Shown: positions 47,802 through 58,886, counted from the first letter of the stretch. The stretch is DNA of 64,000 nt from an uncultured Acidobacteriota bacterium (GCA_963764715.1 CAVXTP010000021.1:256001-320000), one strand, 5' to 3'. Notes: generated by a model not told the origin, from the sequence alone. Numbers and translations: made by a program.

Positions 47802-48928
47802 ACCGGGGCGCCGACGCCCTGGTCGTCGGCGGCGGAGTGATCGGTTGCGCCGTCGCGGCGGAGCTCGCCGCGAGAGGCTTCGAGGTCGTCGTCGTCGAGC
47901 GCGGCGAGCCGGGGTGCGAAGCGTCGGGCGCGGCGGCCGGCATGCTCACGCCCCAGGCCGACGCGCTCGAGCCGTCGCCGTTCTTCGATCTCGCGCTCGA
48001 AGGACGCGAGCTCTATCCCGAGTGGTCGCGGGTGCTTCGCGAAGAGACCGGAATCGACGTCGGCTATCGGCGGACCGGCTACCTGCGATGTCGAACCAAC
48101 GGCGAGCCGGCCGGCCCGGAGGCCTCCGCCGCGGCGGCCTGGCAGCGGGCGAGGGGCCTGCGCGTCGAGCCGGCGGTGGGCGCGGCTCTCCCCGGCGCCG
48201 TCGCCGACCGACTCGCTCCCGGCATCTCGCCGGCGCTCTTCTTCCCGGACGAGGCCGTCGTCGACCCCCGGAAGCTGACCCGCGCCGCGTGGCTCTCCGC
48301 CGAGCGCCGGGGCGTGCGCGTGCTGTGCGGCGTCGAGGTACGGCGTCTTCGGCTCGAGCGCGGCGCTTGCCGGGGAGTCGAGACGGACGCGGGCCCGGTG
48401 GAAGCGCGAAGGGTCGTCGTCGCGGCGGGCGCCTGGTCGGGGGCGCTCGGCGAGGGCCTTCCGGTGCCGGTCCCCGTCGAGCCGGTGCGCGGCCAGATCG
48501 TCGAGGTCCGGATGGCGGGCCGGCCGCTCGAGACCGTCGTGTCATCCGAGGAGGTCTATCTGGTGCCCCGGCCGGACGGAAACGTACTGCTCGGCTCGAC
48601 GATGGAGCGCGTCGGCTTTCACAAGGAAGTCACGGCCGGCGCGGTGGCGCGTCTCCTCGAGGGGGCAGAGCGTCTCCTTCCCGAGATCGGCTCAGCCCGG
48701 TTCGTGAACGCCTGGGCAGGGCTGCGTCCCGGGACGCCGGACGGGTCTCCGCTCCTGGGGAGCTCTTCGATCGAAGGGCTCGTCTTCGCCACCGGTCACT
48801 ACCGCAACGGGATCCTGCTCGCGCCGTCGACCGCCCGGCGCATCGCCGACCTCCTGACGGGCGGCTCCCCGGAGCCGCTGTCCCCGTTTTCCATCGAGCG
48901 TTTCGCGGGTCTTCCGTCCCGGGCATGA
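47798..48928 (+). CDS. thiO: Glycine oxidase ThiO-like FAD-dependent oxidoreductase
   Basis: VVGGGVIG, ASGAAAGML, PVRGQ, YLVPR, WAGLRP, GHYRNGILLAP. Confidence 0.88.
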   Translation: MNRGADALVVGGGVIGCAVAAELAARGFEVVVVERGEPGCEASGAAAGMLTPQADALEPSPFFDLALEGRELYPEWSRVLREETGIDVGYRRTGYLRCRTNGEPAGPEASAAAAWQRARGLRVEPAVGAALPGAVADRLAPGISPALFFPDEAVVDPRKLTRAAWLSAERRGVRVLCGVEVRRLRLERGACRGVETDAGPVEARRVVVAAGAWSGALGEGLPVPVPVEPVRGQIVEVRMAGRPLETVVSSEEVYLVPRPDGNVLLGSTMERVGFHKEVTAGAVARLLEGAERLLPEIGSARFVNAWAGLRPGTPDGSPLLGSSSIEGLVFATGHYRNGILLAPSTARRIADLLTGGSPEPLSPFSIERFAGLPSRA

Positions 48929-49026
48929 CGTTTGCGGGAGGCCCGACATCCGGCGGAGGCGGCCGGGTTTTCGGCTAGAATCACTCCACAGACGCTCGCG
49001 GGAAATCGGAAGGACACCTTAAAACA

Positions 49027-50901
49027 ATGAGAAGAGCGGTTTACTCTGGAATCCAGAAGACGGCGGACGTGCTGTGGGGCCTGGCCCGCGCGGTCGACCG
49101 GCGCTTTCCGGAACGCTCCTTCAAGCCGAAGTGGGCGCCGGCGCCGCTCCTGAAGCAACGCGAGAAAACTTTCCCGCCGCTCGGGTTTCCGCGGCAGACC
49201 GATTCGCTCTGCCCCCGGTGCGTCACGGAGGTCCGCAGCCAGATCCTGTCGGGCGACGTGGACTGGAAGGTCCTGATCGAGGGCAACCCGGGCGAGATCA
49301 AGGCCTCGATCGTCGAAGAAGACGGCCGGATCCTGATGCGCAAGGACTGCCCGAAGCACGGCCGCTTCGAGGACGTGATGTCGACGGACCCCGCGTTCTT
49401 CAAACGCCTCGAGTCCCTCTATCCCGGCCGGGACTTCGTCATCCCCAAGGACGGCCTCCACGAGCACGGCACCTCCTCGATCAAGTACGGCCGCGGCGCC
49501 GTCCTCACGATCGACCTGACGAACCGCTGCAACATGATGTGCAACCCGTGCTTCATGGACGCCAACCAGGTCGGGTACGTTCACGAGCTCGAGTGGGAGG
49601 AGATCCAGAAGCTCCTCGACGACGCGGCCTCGATCAAGCCGCGCCGCCAGCTCTCCGTCCAGTTCTCCGGAGGCGAGCCCACGCTCTCGCCGCACTTCCT
49701 GGAGGCCGTCCGGTACGCGCGCAAGATCGGCTACTTCTCGGTCCAGTGCGCCACCAACGGCATCCGCTTCGCGCAGGACGAGAGCTTCGCGAAGCAGGCG
49801 GCCGAGGCCGGGCTGCGCTTCGCGTACCTCCAGTTCGACGGCGTCGGCAACGACCACAACCAGCACCGCAAGGTCGGCAACCTCTACGACGTGAAGCTGC
49901 GCGCGATCGAGAACCTCCACAAGCACGGCGTGGACGTGACCCTCGTCGTGACGATCGTCAACGGGATCAACAACGACCAGGTCGGCGACATCGTCCGATT
50001 CGGCCTCGAGAACATCGACAAGGTCACGTGCGTGGCGTTCCAGCCGGTGTCGTTCACCGGCCGCGACGAGGACATCGACGACGAGACGCGGAAGAAGCAG
50101 CGCTACACGCTTTCCCACCTTGCCCACGACGTGAAGGCGCAGGCCGGCATCGGCGAGCCGATGCGCGACTGGTACCCGCTGTCGGCCGCGGGACCGTTCT
50201 CGGACCTGAAGGACCTCCTCGGTGGCCTCGAGTCCGAGTGGGGCTCGTTCAAGTGCGGGTGCCACCCCAACTGCGGCATCGGAACGCTCATGCTCGTCGA
50301 GGAGAAGACGAAGAAGGCCGTGACCGTTCCGTCCGTCCTCGACGTCGACCGTCTGCTTTCGGACATCAAGGTCGTGACCGACTCGGGACGCAGGAAGATC
50401 TGGACCGCCCTGCAGATGGGATTGTCCGTTCTGCGCAACCTGCGCCCCGAGGGCGTGCCCGCGGGCCTGACGCCCTGGAAGGTCGCCCAGGTCATGGACG
50501 GCCACACCGGCGGCAAGCTCGGCTTCTCCGAGAAGAAGCGCGACTCCTGGCGCGTCTTCTTCATCGGGGGCATGTGGTTCCAGGACCTCTTCAACTACGA
50601 CTTCCGCCGCACCGAGATGTGCATCATCCCGTACGCCACGCAGATGGGCGAGATCTCGTTCTGCGCGTACAACACGGGCGTGGGCTGGCGCAACATCATC
50701 GAGGAGATGTTCCAGACGGCCTCGCTCGCCGAGTGGTACAAGACCAACGGCCGCCACGAGATCTACGCGCGCGGCCGCAACGTCCCGCTGCCGGTCCTCC
50801 CGGGCCAGAAGGTGCCGATGCCGATGCCGGGCGCGCCGCCCGTGCCGGAGGCGGTGCCGGCGGCGGCCCGCAGCACGCTTCCGGTCTACGCCGCCAAGTA
50901 G
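49027..50901 (+). CDS. Radical SAM protein of the Tes/GDGT-MAS (tetraether synthase, MJ0619-like) family
   Basis: N-terminal SLCPRC...KDCPKHG metal site, DLTNRCNMMCNPCF, QFSGGEPT, YLQFDG, FQPVSFTGR, CHPNCG, GMWFQD..NYD..R..MC, SFCAYN. Confidence 0.82.
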   Translation: MRRAVYSGIQKTADVLWGLARAVDRRFPERSFKPKWAPAPLLKQREKTFPPLGFPRQTDSLCPRCVTEVRSQILSGDVDWKVLIEGNPGEIKASIVEEDGRILMRKDCPKHGRFEDVMSTDPAFFKRLESLYPGRDFVIPKDGLHEHGTSSIKYGRGAVLTIDLTNRCNMMCNPCFMDANQVGYVHELEWEEIQKLLDDAASIKPRRQLSVQFSGGEPTLSPHFLEAVRYARKIGYFSVQCATNGIRFAQDESFAKQAAEAGLRFAYLQFDGVGNDHNQHRKVGNLYDVKLRAIENLHKHGVDVTLVVTIVNGINNDQVGDIVRFGLENIDKVTCVAFQPVSFTGRDEDIDDETRKKQRYTLSHLAHDVKAQAGIGEPMRDWYPLSAAGPFSDLKDLLGGLESEWGSFKCGCHPNCGIGTLMLVEEKTKKAVTVPSVLDVDRLLSDIKVVTDSGRRKIWTALQMGLSVLRNLRPEGVPAGLTPWKVAQVMDGHTGGKLGFSEKKRDSWRVFFIGGMWFQDLFNYDFRRTEMCIIPYATQMGEISFCAYNTGVGWRNIIEEMFQTASLAEWYKTNGRHEIYARGRNVPLPVLPGQKVPMPMPGAPPVPEAVPAAARSTLPVYAAK

Positions 50902-50904
50902 AAG

Positions 50905-50975
50905 CGGGGTCAGGTCTTCATTTTTCGGCTCTCTCTTGCAGTTTGCGACAGCAGAAAAATGAAGACCTGACCCCG
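50905..50975. repeat. 22-bp perfect inverted repeat (GGGGTCAGGTCTTCA-type REP-like doublet)
   Basis: CGGGGTCAGGTCTTCATTTTTC-N27-GAAAAATGAAGACCTGACCCCG between convergent genes. Confidence 0.85.
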
Positions 50976-50980
50976 ACGCC

Positions 50981-52405
50981 TTAGGCGCGCCGTCCCCAGC
51001 GCGGCGCCGCCGGCGCCGTCGCTCCGCCAGGCCCCGAGGGCCTCTCCCGCCGCGGGTGCGACGGGCCGGAGTGTGCGGCATGGCCGGCGTGGCCGGACGA
51101 CGGTCCCGCGGGCCGCGGCGACGAAGCCGGGCGGTGATGCGAGGCGCGCGAGCCCTGGGCCGCGAGGTTCGCGATCCGGCGCTCGGCCTTCTCCTTCGCG
51201 CGCTTGCGTTCCTCGGCCTTCCGCGCTCGGATCTGCGCGATGCGCTCGGCGATGGGGACCTCGAAGCGCTCGGCCGGCGCCTTGGAGTAATCGAAGCCGG
51301 GCACGGTGATGCGGGGGAGGCGCTTGCCGATCGCCCGCTCGATCGCGGCGAGGTCGGTCTGCTCCTCCGGCGCCACGAACGTGAACGCGTCGCCGGTCAT
51401 CTCGGCGCGCGCCGTGCGGCCGACGCGGTGGATGTAGTCCTCGGGAACGTTCGGCACGTCGAAGTTGATGACGTGGGAGAGCGCCTCGACGTCGATGCCG
51501 CGGGCGGCGATGTCGGTTGCGACGAGGACGCGGAACTTGCCGCTCTTGAATCCGGCGAGGGCCTGGGTCCGCTGGACCTGGGAGCGGTTGCCGTGAATGC
51601 GCTCGCAATCGATGCCCTTCTTCGTAAGCGTTTCGGCGAGGCGGTTGGCGCGGTGCTTGGTGCGCGTGAAGACGAGGACGTTCTTGATGTCGCCGCGCTT
51701 CAGGAGTTCGACGAGGAGCGGCGCCTTGAGGTTCTGGTTGACCGGGTAGACCGCCTGCGTGATCCCGACGGCCGGCGCCGCCTGGCGCTCGATGTTGACG
51801 CTGACGGGGTTCTTCAGGATCTCGCGCGTGAGCTGGGCGATCGGGGCCGGCATCGTGGCCGAGAAGAAGAGTGTCTGGCGTTTCGCCGGGACGTGCTTGA
51901 GGACCCGTCGGATGTCGGGAAGGAAGCCCATGTCGAGCATCCGGTCGGCCTCGTCGAGGACGAGGACCTCGAGGTGGTCGAGCTTCGCGTAGGGGAAGCG
52001 GAAGTGATCGAGCAGGCGCCCCGGGGTCGCGATGAGCAGGTCGGCACCGCTGCGGAACGCGTGTTCCTGGGGCCCCATCGACACGCCGCCGAAGACGGCC
52101 GCGGCCGACAGCGGGGTGTGGACCGTCAGCTGCTTCGCGTGCTCCTCGATCTGCGCCGCGAGCTCGCGCGTCGGCGTCAGGATGAGGGCCCGGGTGACGC
52201 CGCGCTTCTTGCCGATCAGGTGGTGGAAGATCGGCAGGAGAAAGGCGGCGGTCTTCCCGCTGCCCGTCATGGCGCACGCGAGGAGGTCGCGGCCCTCCAT
52301 GGCGGGCGGAATCGCGTCGTCCTGGATCGGCGTGGGGCGGGTGAAGCCCATTTCGCGCACGCCGCGCAGAAGATCCGGGTGAAGTCCGAACTGGTTGAAA
52401 GGCAA
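50981..52405 (-). CDS. rhlE: DEAD-box RNA helicase (RhlE-like)
   Basis: Q motif, TGSGKT, PTRELA, DEAD, SAT, HRVGRTARA; basic tail; TTG start after GGAGG. Confidence 0.9.
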   Translation of the reverse strand: MPFNQFGLHPDLLRGVREMGFTRPTPIQDDAIPPAMEGRDLLACAMTGSGKTAAFLLPIFHHLIGKKRGVTRALILTPTRELAAQIEEHAKQLTVHTPLSAAAVFGGVSMGPQEHAFRSGADLLIATPGRLLDHFRFPYAKLDHLEVLVLDEADRMLDMGFLPDIRRVLKHVPAKRQTLFFSATMPAPIAQLTREILKNPVSVNIERQAAPAVGITQAVYPVNQNLKAPLLVELLKRGDIKNVLVFTRTKHRANRLAETLTKKGIDCERIHGNRSQVQRTQALAGFKSGKFRVLVATDIAARGIDVEALSHVINFDVPNVPEDYIHRVGRTARAEMTGDAFTFVAPEEQTDLAAIERAIGKRLPRITVPGFDYSKAPAERFEVPIAERIAQIRARKAEERKRAKEKAERRIANLAAQGSRASHHRPASSPRPAGPSSGHAGHAAHSGPSHPRRERPSGPGGATAPAAPRWGRRA

Positions 52406-52575
52406 GGCAATCCTCCTGGGAGCAAAATCCGGCTGTGTTTTGTGTTGGGGAACGGAGGATTCGCCGGCGAGGCCTACGTTCGCGGGGCGCGGGAGCGCTC
52501 CAAAAGACGGCCTAGACTCTCACAGACCTCCCCGAAACGCAAACTCCGCTCCCCGCGCCGCCCGCGGCCGGCCGG

Positions 52576-53259
52576 TCAGGCGCCCTTGTTCCACCAGCGC
52601 GAAAGCCGGCCCGTCGCGATGGCCGGAGCTCCCGACGGCGACGGCGAGTAGTGCGAGATGTCGTTGAAGAGCGAGAGCCGCGCGTGTCCGACGTCGCGGA
52701 AGTCGAGGATGTTGAGCGACGCCGGGCTCTGGTCGAGGTGGTCGCGGTAACGGCGCAGGTCGAAGCCGAGGAGCGATCCGATCATCAGGCGGATCGTCGC
52801 CTTGTGCGATGCGATGATGACCGGGACGCCCGGATGCGTCGTGACGATCTCGAGCAGCGCCGGCATCGCCCGCGCGGTCACGGCGAGCCCGGTCTCTCCG
52901 CCGGAGGGAGCGAAGGAGTAGGGGTCGGCTTCCCAGCGGGCGTACTCCTCGGGGAACTCCTTCTCGACGTCGGCTCGCGTCTTGCCCTCCCAGCGTCCAT
53001 GCGAGACCTCCCGGAGGCCGTCCCGGGGCTCGACGGTCTTCCCGTGCGGCGCGGCGAGGATTCGCCCGGTCTCCATCGTGCGGCCGAGCGGGCTGGCGTA
53101 GACGGCGGCGATCGGCTCGTGCGCGAGCCGCCCGGCGAGCTTGCGGAGCTGCTCGCGGCCCTCGTCGGAGAGCGCGACGTCGGTCTCTCCGGCGAAGCGG
53201 TCCTCCGCCGAGAGCACGGTGGCGCCGTGGCGCACGAGGTAGATTCGCGTGGCGGTCAT
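52576..53259 (-). CDS. Histidine phosphatase (phosphoglycerate mutase family)
   Basis: LVRHG, YASPLGR, LRE...G.WEG, SH; ATGA-coupled. Confidence 0.9.
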   Translation of the reverse strand: MTATRIYLVRHGATVLSAEDRFAGETDVALSDEGREQLRKLAGRLAHEPIAAVYASPLGRTMETGRILAAPHGKTVEPRDGLREVSHGRWEGKTRADVEKEFPEEYARWEADPYSFAPSGGETGLAVTARAMPALLEIVTTHPGVPVIIASHKATIRLMIGSLLGFDLRRYRDHLDQSPASLNILDFRDVGHARLSLFNDISHYSPSPSGAPAIATGRLSRWWNKGA

Positions 53260-53609
53260 CCCTTCACCTTCATGCCTTTCTTCGCGAGGATCTCGCGCAG
53301 GCGTTCGCGCTGGTCTCCCTGGAGCTCGATCCACCCGTCGCCCGCCGCGCCCCCGGTTCCGCAGGCCTTCTTGAGCTCGCGGCCGAGCCCCTCGAGGTAG
53401 GCCCGGTTCCGCGGCAGCCCGTCGACGACCGTGACGTGCTTTCCGGAGGCGCGGTTCTCCAGGCGCAGCTTCGCCGTGGGCGTTTCCGGCACGGCCTCCT
53501 CGGCCGCCGATGCGTTCTTCGAGCAGCGGCAGTCGTCGGCGGGCCACCCGCACACCGGGCAGACGCGCCCGGTTCCGCTGGAGTACACGACCCGGTCTTT
53601 CGGGGCCAT
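53256..53609 (-). CDS. yciH: SUI1/YciH translation initiation factor homolog
   Basis: VVYSS...CPVC...CRC, GKHVTVVDGL, LKKACGTGG, IELQGD. Confidence 0.88.
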   Translation of the reverse strand: MAPKDRVVYSSGTGRVCPVCGWPADDCRCSKNASAAEEAVPETPTAKLRLENRASGKHVTVVDGLPRNRAYLEGLGRELKKACGTGGAAGDGWIELQGDQRERLREILAKKGMKVKG

Positions 53610-55441
53610 CAGGCCCCCTCGGCCGCCATCAGGGCGAGGAGGTCCTTGCCGTAGGCCTCGAGCTTGGCGGGGCCGATGCCGGGAATCTCGGAGAGGGCGT
53701 CGAGCGTCGCGGGCCGCGCCGCGGCCAGGGCGGCGAGGGTCTTGTCGTGGAGGACGACGTAGGCCGGCACCGCGCGCCGCGCAGCCTCGAGCCGGCGCCA
53801 CTCCCGCAGGGCCTCGATCCGCGAAGGATCCGCGGGCCCGGCGGCCGCGAGCGTCTTCGAGATCTTGCGGCGCTTCGCCTTCGGGCGCGGCGGTTCCGGA
53901 AGCGTCAGCGCGACGAGCCCGGTCCGGCCCGCCATGACGTCACGCCCGGCCGGCGTCAGGGAGAGCGTGCGGTAGGCGTCGTCGGTCGCGGCGAGGAGCC
54001 CTCCGCCCTGCGCCGCGTCGATCCAGTCGCCGACGGTCCGGGCGCTCTCGCCCGAGAGAATCCCGGTCGTCGAGAGCCGGGTGAGCGAGTCGGGGAGCCC
54101 GTCGAGCTCGCCCGTGAGCATGGCGACGAGCTTGCGCTTTCCCCAGCGTTCGCCGCCGCGCGCCACGCCCGAGAGGATCTTGCGCAGGCGCAGGAGGTCC
54201 TCCGGCGAGAGCTCGCGCCGCCGCGCGCAGTTGCCGCAGAACCCGCAGTCCGCCGCGGCCTCGCGCTCGCCGAAGTAGCGGAGAAGCGTGGCGCGGTAGC
54301 AGCCGGAGGAGTCGGCGTAGGCGATCATGCGCGCGAGCTTCTTCGAGTCGAGCTCCCGCCGGTCGTTTCCCTGAACGGACTCCTCGACCTGTTCGATCAG
54401 GAATTCCCGCGTGCGCACGTCGACGTAGTTCCAGAGCAGCGTCGCGTCGGCCCGCCGTCCGTCGCGCCCGCCGCGGCCGATTTCCTGGTAGTACGCCTCG
54501 AGCGAGCCGGGGATCTCGAAGTGCACGACGGCCTCGACGTCGGGCCGGTCGATCCCCATGCCGAACGCGTTGGTGGCGCACACGACCGAGAGGGAGCCGT
54601 CGGCGAAGCTGTCCTGCACGCGCGTCCGGTCGGGCTCGTCCATCCCCGCGTGGTAAGCGCCGGCGGCGATGCCGGCGGCCTGCAGCGCTTCCGCCGCGCG
54701 GGTCGCGCTCTTGCGGGTCGAGGCGTAGACCAGCGCGCGGCGCCGTCCGACGAGCTCCGGCAGGAGGCCGCGCTTCTCGATCTCTCCCGAGACCCGGCGC
54801 ACGTCGAGGAAGAGGTTGGGGCGGTCGAACCCGGCGACGAAGACCTCGGGGTCCTCGAGGCCAAGGAGGCTCACGATGTCCTGGCGGACCTCCGGGGTCG
54901 CCGTCGCCGTGAACGCGAGGATCGGCGGCCTTCCGGCGGCGCCGTCGGCCCGCCGGCAGCTCCGCGCCGCGGCGGCGAGCGACCGGTAGTCCGGCCGGAA
55001 GTCGTGGCCCCACTCGGAGACGCAGTGGGCCTCGTCGACTGCGAAACGGGCCAGGGGCGACGCGGCGAGGAGGCGCCGGAAGGCTTCCGACGCGAATCGC
55101 TCGGGCGCGACGTAGAGGAGCCGCAGCCGCCCCTCGCGCATCGCGGCCTCGGCGGCGCGCCGTTCCGCGGGCGTCGCCAGGGAGTGGAGCGCGGCGGCCG
55201 GGATCCCCTTGCGGACGAGCTCGTCGACTTGGTCCTTCATGAGGGCGATGAGCGGCGAGACGACGAGCGTCGTGCCGGGCAGGAGCAGCGCGGGAAGCTG
55301 GTAGCCGATCGACTTGCCCGATCCCGTCGGCATCACGGCGAGAAGGTCCCGGCCCTCGAGCGCGGCGCGCACGATCTCTTCCTGGCCGGCGCGGAAGGAA
55401 TCATGGCCGAAGTGGCGGCGGAGCGCGGCGCGGGCATCCAT
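53609..55441 (-). CDS. recQ: RecQ-family DNA helicase with RQC and HRDC domains
   Basis: MPTGSGKS, DEAHC.S.WGHDFRP, TATA, AFGMGID, YYQEIGRGGRDG, Zn-binding CxxCxxC, HRDC. ATG 55441 preferred from the -10 box. Confidence 0.92.
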   Translation of the reverse strand: MDARAALRRHFGHDSFRAGQEEIVRAALEGRDLLAVMPTGSGKSIGYQLPALLLPGTTLVVSPLIALMKDQVDELVRKGIPAAALHSLATPAERRAAEAAMREGRLRLLYVAPERFASEAFRRLLAASPLARFAVDEAHCVSEWGHDFRPDYRSLAAAARSCRRADGAAGRPPILAFTATATPEVRQDIVSLLGLEDPEVFVAGFDRPNLFLDVRRVSGEIEKRGLLPELVGRRRALVYASTRKSATRAAEALQAAGIAAGAYHAGMDEPDRTRVQDSFADGSLSVVCATNAFGMGIDRPDVEAVVHFEIPGSLEAYYQEIGRGGRDGRRADATLLWNYVDVRTREFLIEQVEESVQGNDRRELDSKKLARMIAYADSSGCYRATLLRYFGEREAAADCGFCGNCARRRELSPEDLLRLRKILSGVARGGERWGKRKLVAMLTGELDGLPDSLTRLSTTGILSGESARTVGDWIDAAQGGGLLAATDDAYRTLSLTPAGRDVMAGRTGLVALTLPEPPRPKAKRRKISKTLAAAGPADPSRIEALREWRRLEAARRAVPAYVVLHDKTLAALAAARPATLDALSEIPGIGPAKLEAYGKDLLALMAAEGA

Positions 55442-55488
55442 CGGCGGCATTATGACGGCTGGGCCGCGACGCGCCCTCTCGTCCCGCC

Positions 55489-56955
55489 GTGAGATACTTC
55501 CGTGCGGAGCGATTGCCGATCATCGGTTCCCTGCTTCTCGCGGCGGCCCTCTCCTGGGGCGCCTCCCCGGGCGCAGGCGCCGCCGCCCGGACGCCGGCTC
55601 GGGGCGCGGAGTTGACTCCCGAAGCGGAACGGACCCTCCGCCGGGTCATCCTCGGCCTCGAGCCGAACCAGACCAGGCTCTTCATGCTGCCGGAGACGGC
55701 GGCGTGGGACCCGAAGACGAAGGACCCGCGCGTCCGCTGGCTGCGCCGGCAGCTCTATCGCCTGAACTTCGAGCTCTCCCACGGCCAGATCCTCCGCCAC
55801 TCGCCGCCCCACACCCGCTTCTTCATCGCCGTGCCCGACCCGGCCACGACACCCGAGGCCCTCGGCAACGAGGAGGCGGTCTTCCGGGAGCACCTGCGGG
55901 AGCGGGTCGGCTGGTCGGACGCGGTCATCGAGCAGCGCGTGCGGTTCTTCTCCGTCCCGCTGCCGGTCCTCTTTCCCCAGGACATGGCCGAGCCGATGGG
56001 CTACGACGCGGAGGGCCGGCTGATCCTCGGAATCGGGGACGACGTCGAGGATGGCTATCGCCAGGCGGTCGATCGCCTCGTCGCGGCGTTCCCGGAGGAG
56101 TTCGCGGTTCGCCGCCTTCGCGGGATCAACACCGAGGGCGGCGATCTCGCCGTCGTCCGCCTGCCCGAAGGCGGCGTCGGACTGCTCGTCGGACACAACC
56201 GCATCGCGCGCTTCGTGCGGCAGCGACATCCCGAGACCGTCGAGGGAGCGCCGATCCCGGACGCGCTCGTCGCGGAGGCCCGCCGGGGCTACCAGGAGGC
56301 GTTCGGCGGCGTCGAGACCATCGTCATCGGGCGGGAGGCCCTGCGCAATCCGCGCCTTTCGAACCCCGAGATCTTCCACCTCGACATGCTCGTCGCGGTC
56401 CTGAAGACGCCGTCGGGCGTGGTCGCCTTCGTTCCGACGTACGAAGGCAGTCCGATCGACGCCCTGACCCACGTCCACCTTGCCGCGGAGGCCGTGCGGA
56501 GGTTCCAGGCCGAGTACGACCGCACCGCGGCCGAGCTCGCCGCGCGGGGCTACCGCGTGGCCCGGGTCCCGTTCGCCGATCATCCCGCGCGCAATCCCGT
56601 AGGGGTCGGCAAGTTCGTCGATCCGGCCTCCGGGCGGCCTTGGATCATGCCGGGCCGGTATCCGGACCACCTCGCGGTCGACGATGGCCGGAACGCCCAG
56701 ACGCAGCTTCAGATCGCCTTCGAGGCCCTGGATGCCGCGGTCGCCGCCTGGCGGCACGACCCGACGGACGCGCGGTGGAGCGCCGTCCAGGCCGCGGTCG
56801 CCGCCGCCTGGCGGCAGATGGACGCCTCGGTGGCGGCGCCGAGCCCCATGTTCGAGAGCCAGCGGAAAGTCTTCGAATCCTACGGGGTCAGCGTGCGGCC
56901 GCTCCCGATCTTCCCGACGGGCGAGGGCGGGGTGCACTGTCTCGTGCTCAAATAG
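55489..56955 (+). CDS. Secreted guanidino-group-modifying (pentein) enzyme, peptidylarginine/agmatine deiminase-like
   Basis: Signal peptide; FPQD, EGGD, FHLD and C-terminal GGVHC motifs. Exact start uncertain. Confidence 0.7.
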   Translation: MRYFRAERLPIIGSLLLAAALSWGASPGAGAAARTPARGAELTPEAERTLRRVILGLEPNQTRLFMLPETAAWDPKTKDPRVRWLRRQLYRLNFELSHGQILRHSPPHTRFFIAVPDPATTPEALGNEEAVFREHLRERVGWSDAVIEQRVRFFSVPLPVLFPQDMAEPMGYDAEGRLILGIGDDVEDGYRQAVDRLVAAFPEEFAVRRLRGINTEGGDLAVVRLPEGGVGLLVGHNRIARFVRQRHPETVEGAPIPDALVAEARRGYQEAFGGVETIVIGREALRNPRLSNPEIFHLDMLVAVLKTPSGVVAFVPTYEGSPIDALTHVHLAAEAVRRFQAEYDRTAAELAARGYRVARVPFADHPARNPVGVGKFVDPASGRPWIMPGRYPDHLAVDDGRNAQTQLQIAFEALDAAVAAWRHDPTDARWSAVQAAVAAAWRQMDASVAAPSPMFESQRKVFESYGVSVRPLPIFPTGEGGVHCLVLK

Positions 56956-56984
56956 CGCTGGCGCGGCGCGCCCGGTCCGTGTAG

Positions 56985-58886
<1,902 letters not shown>

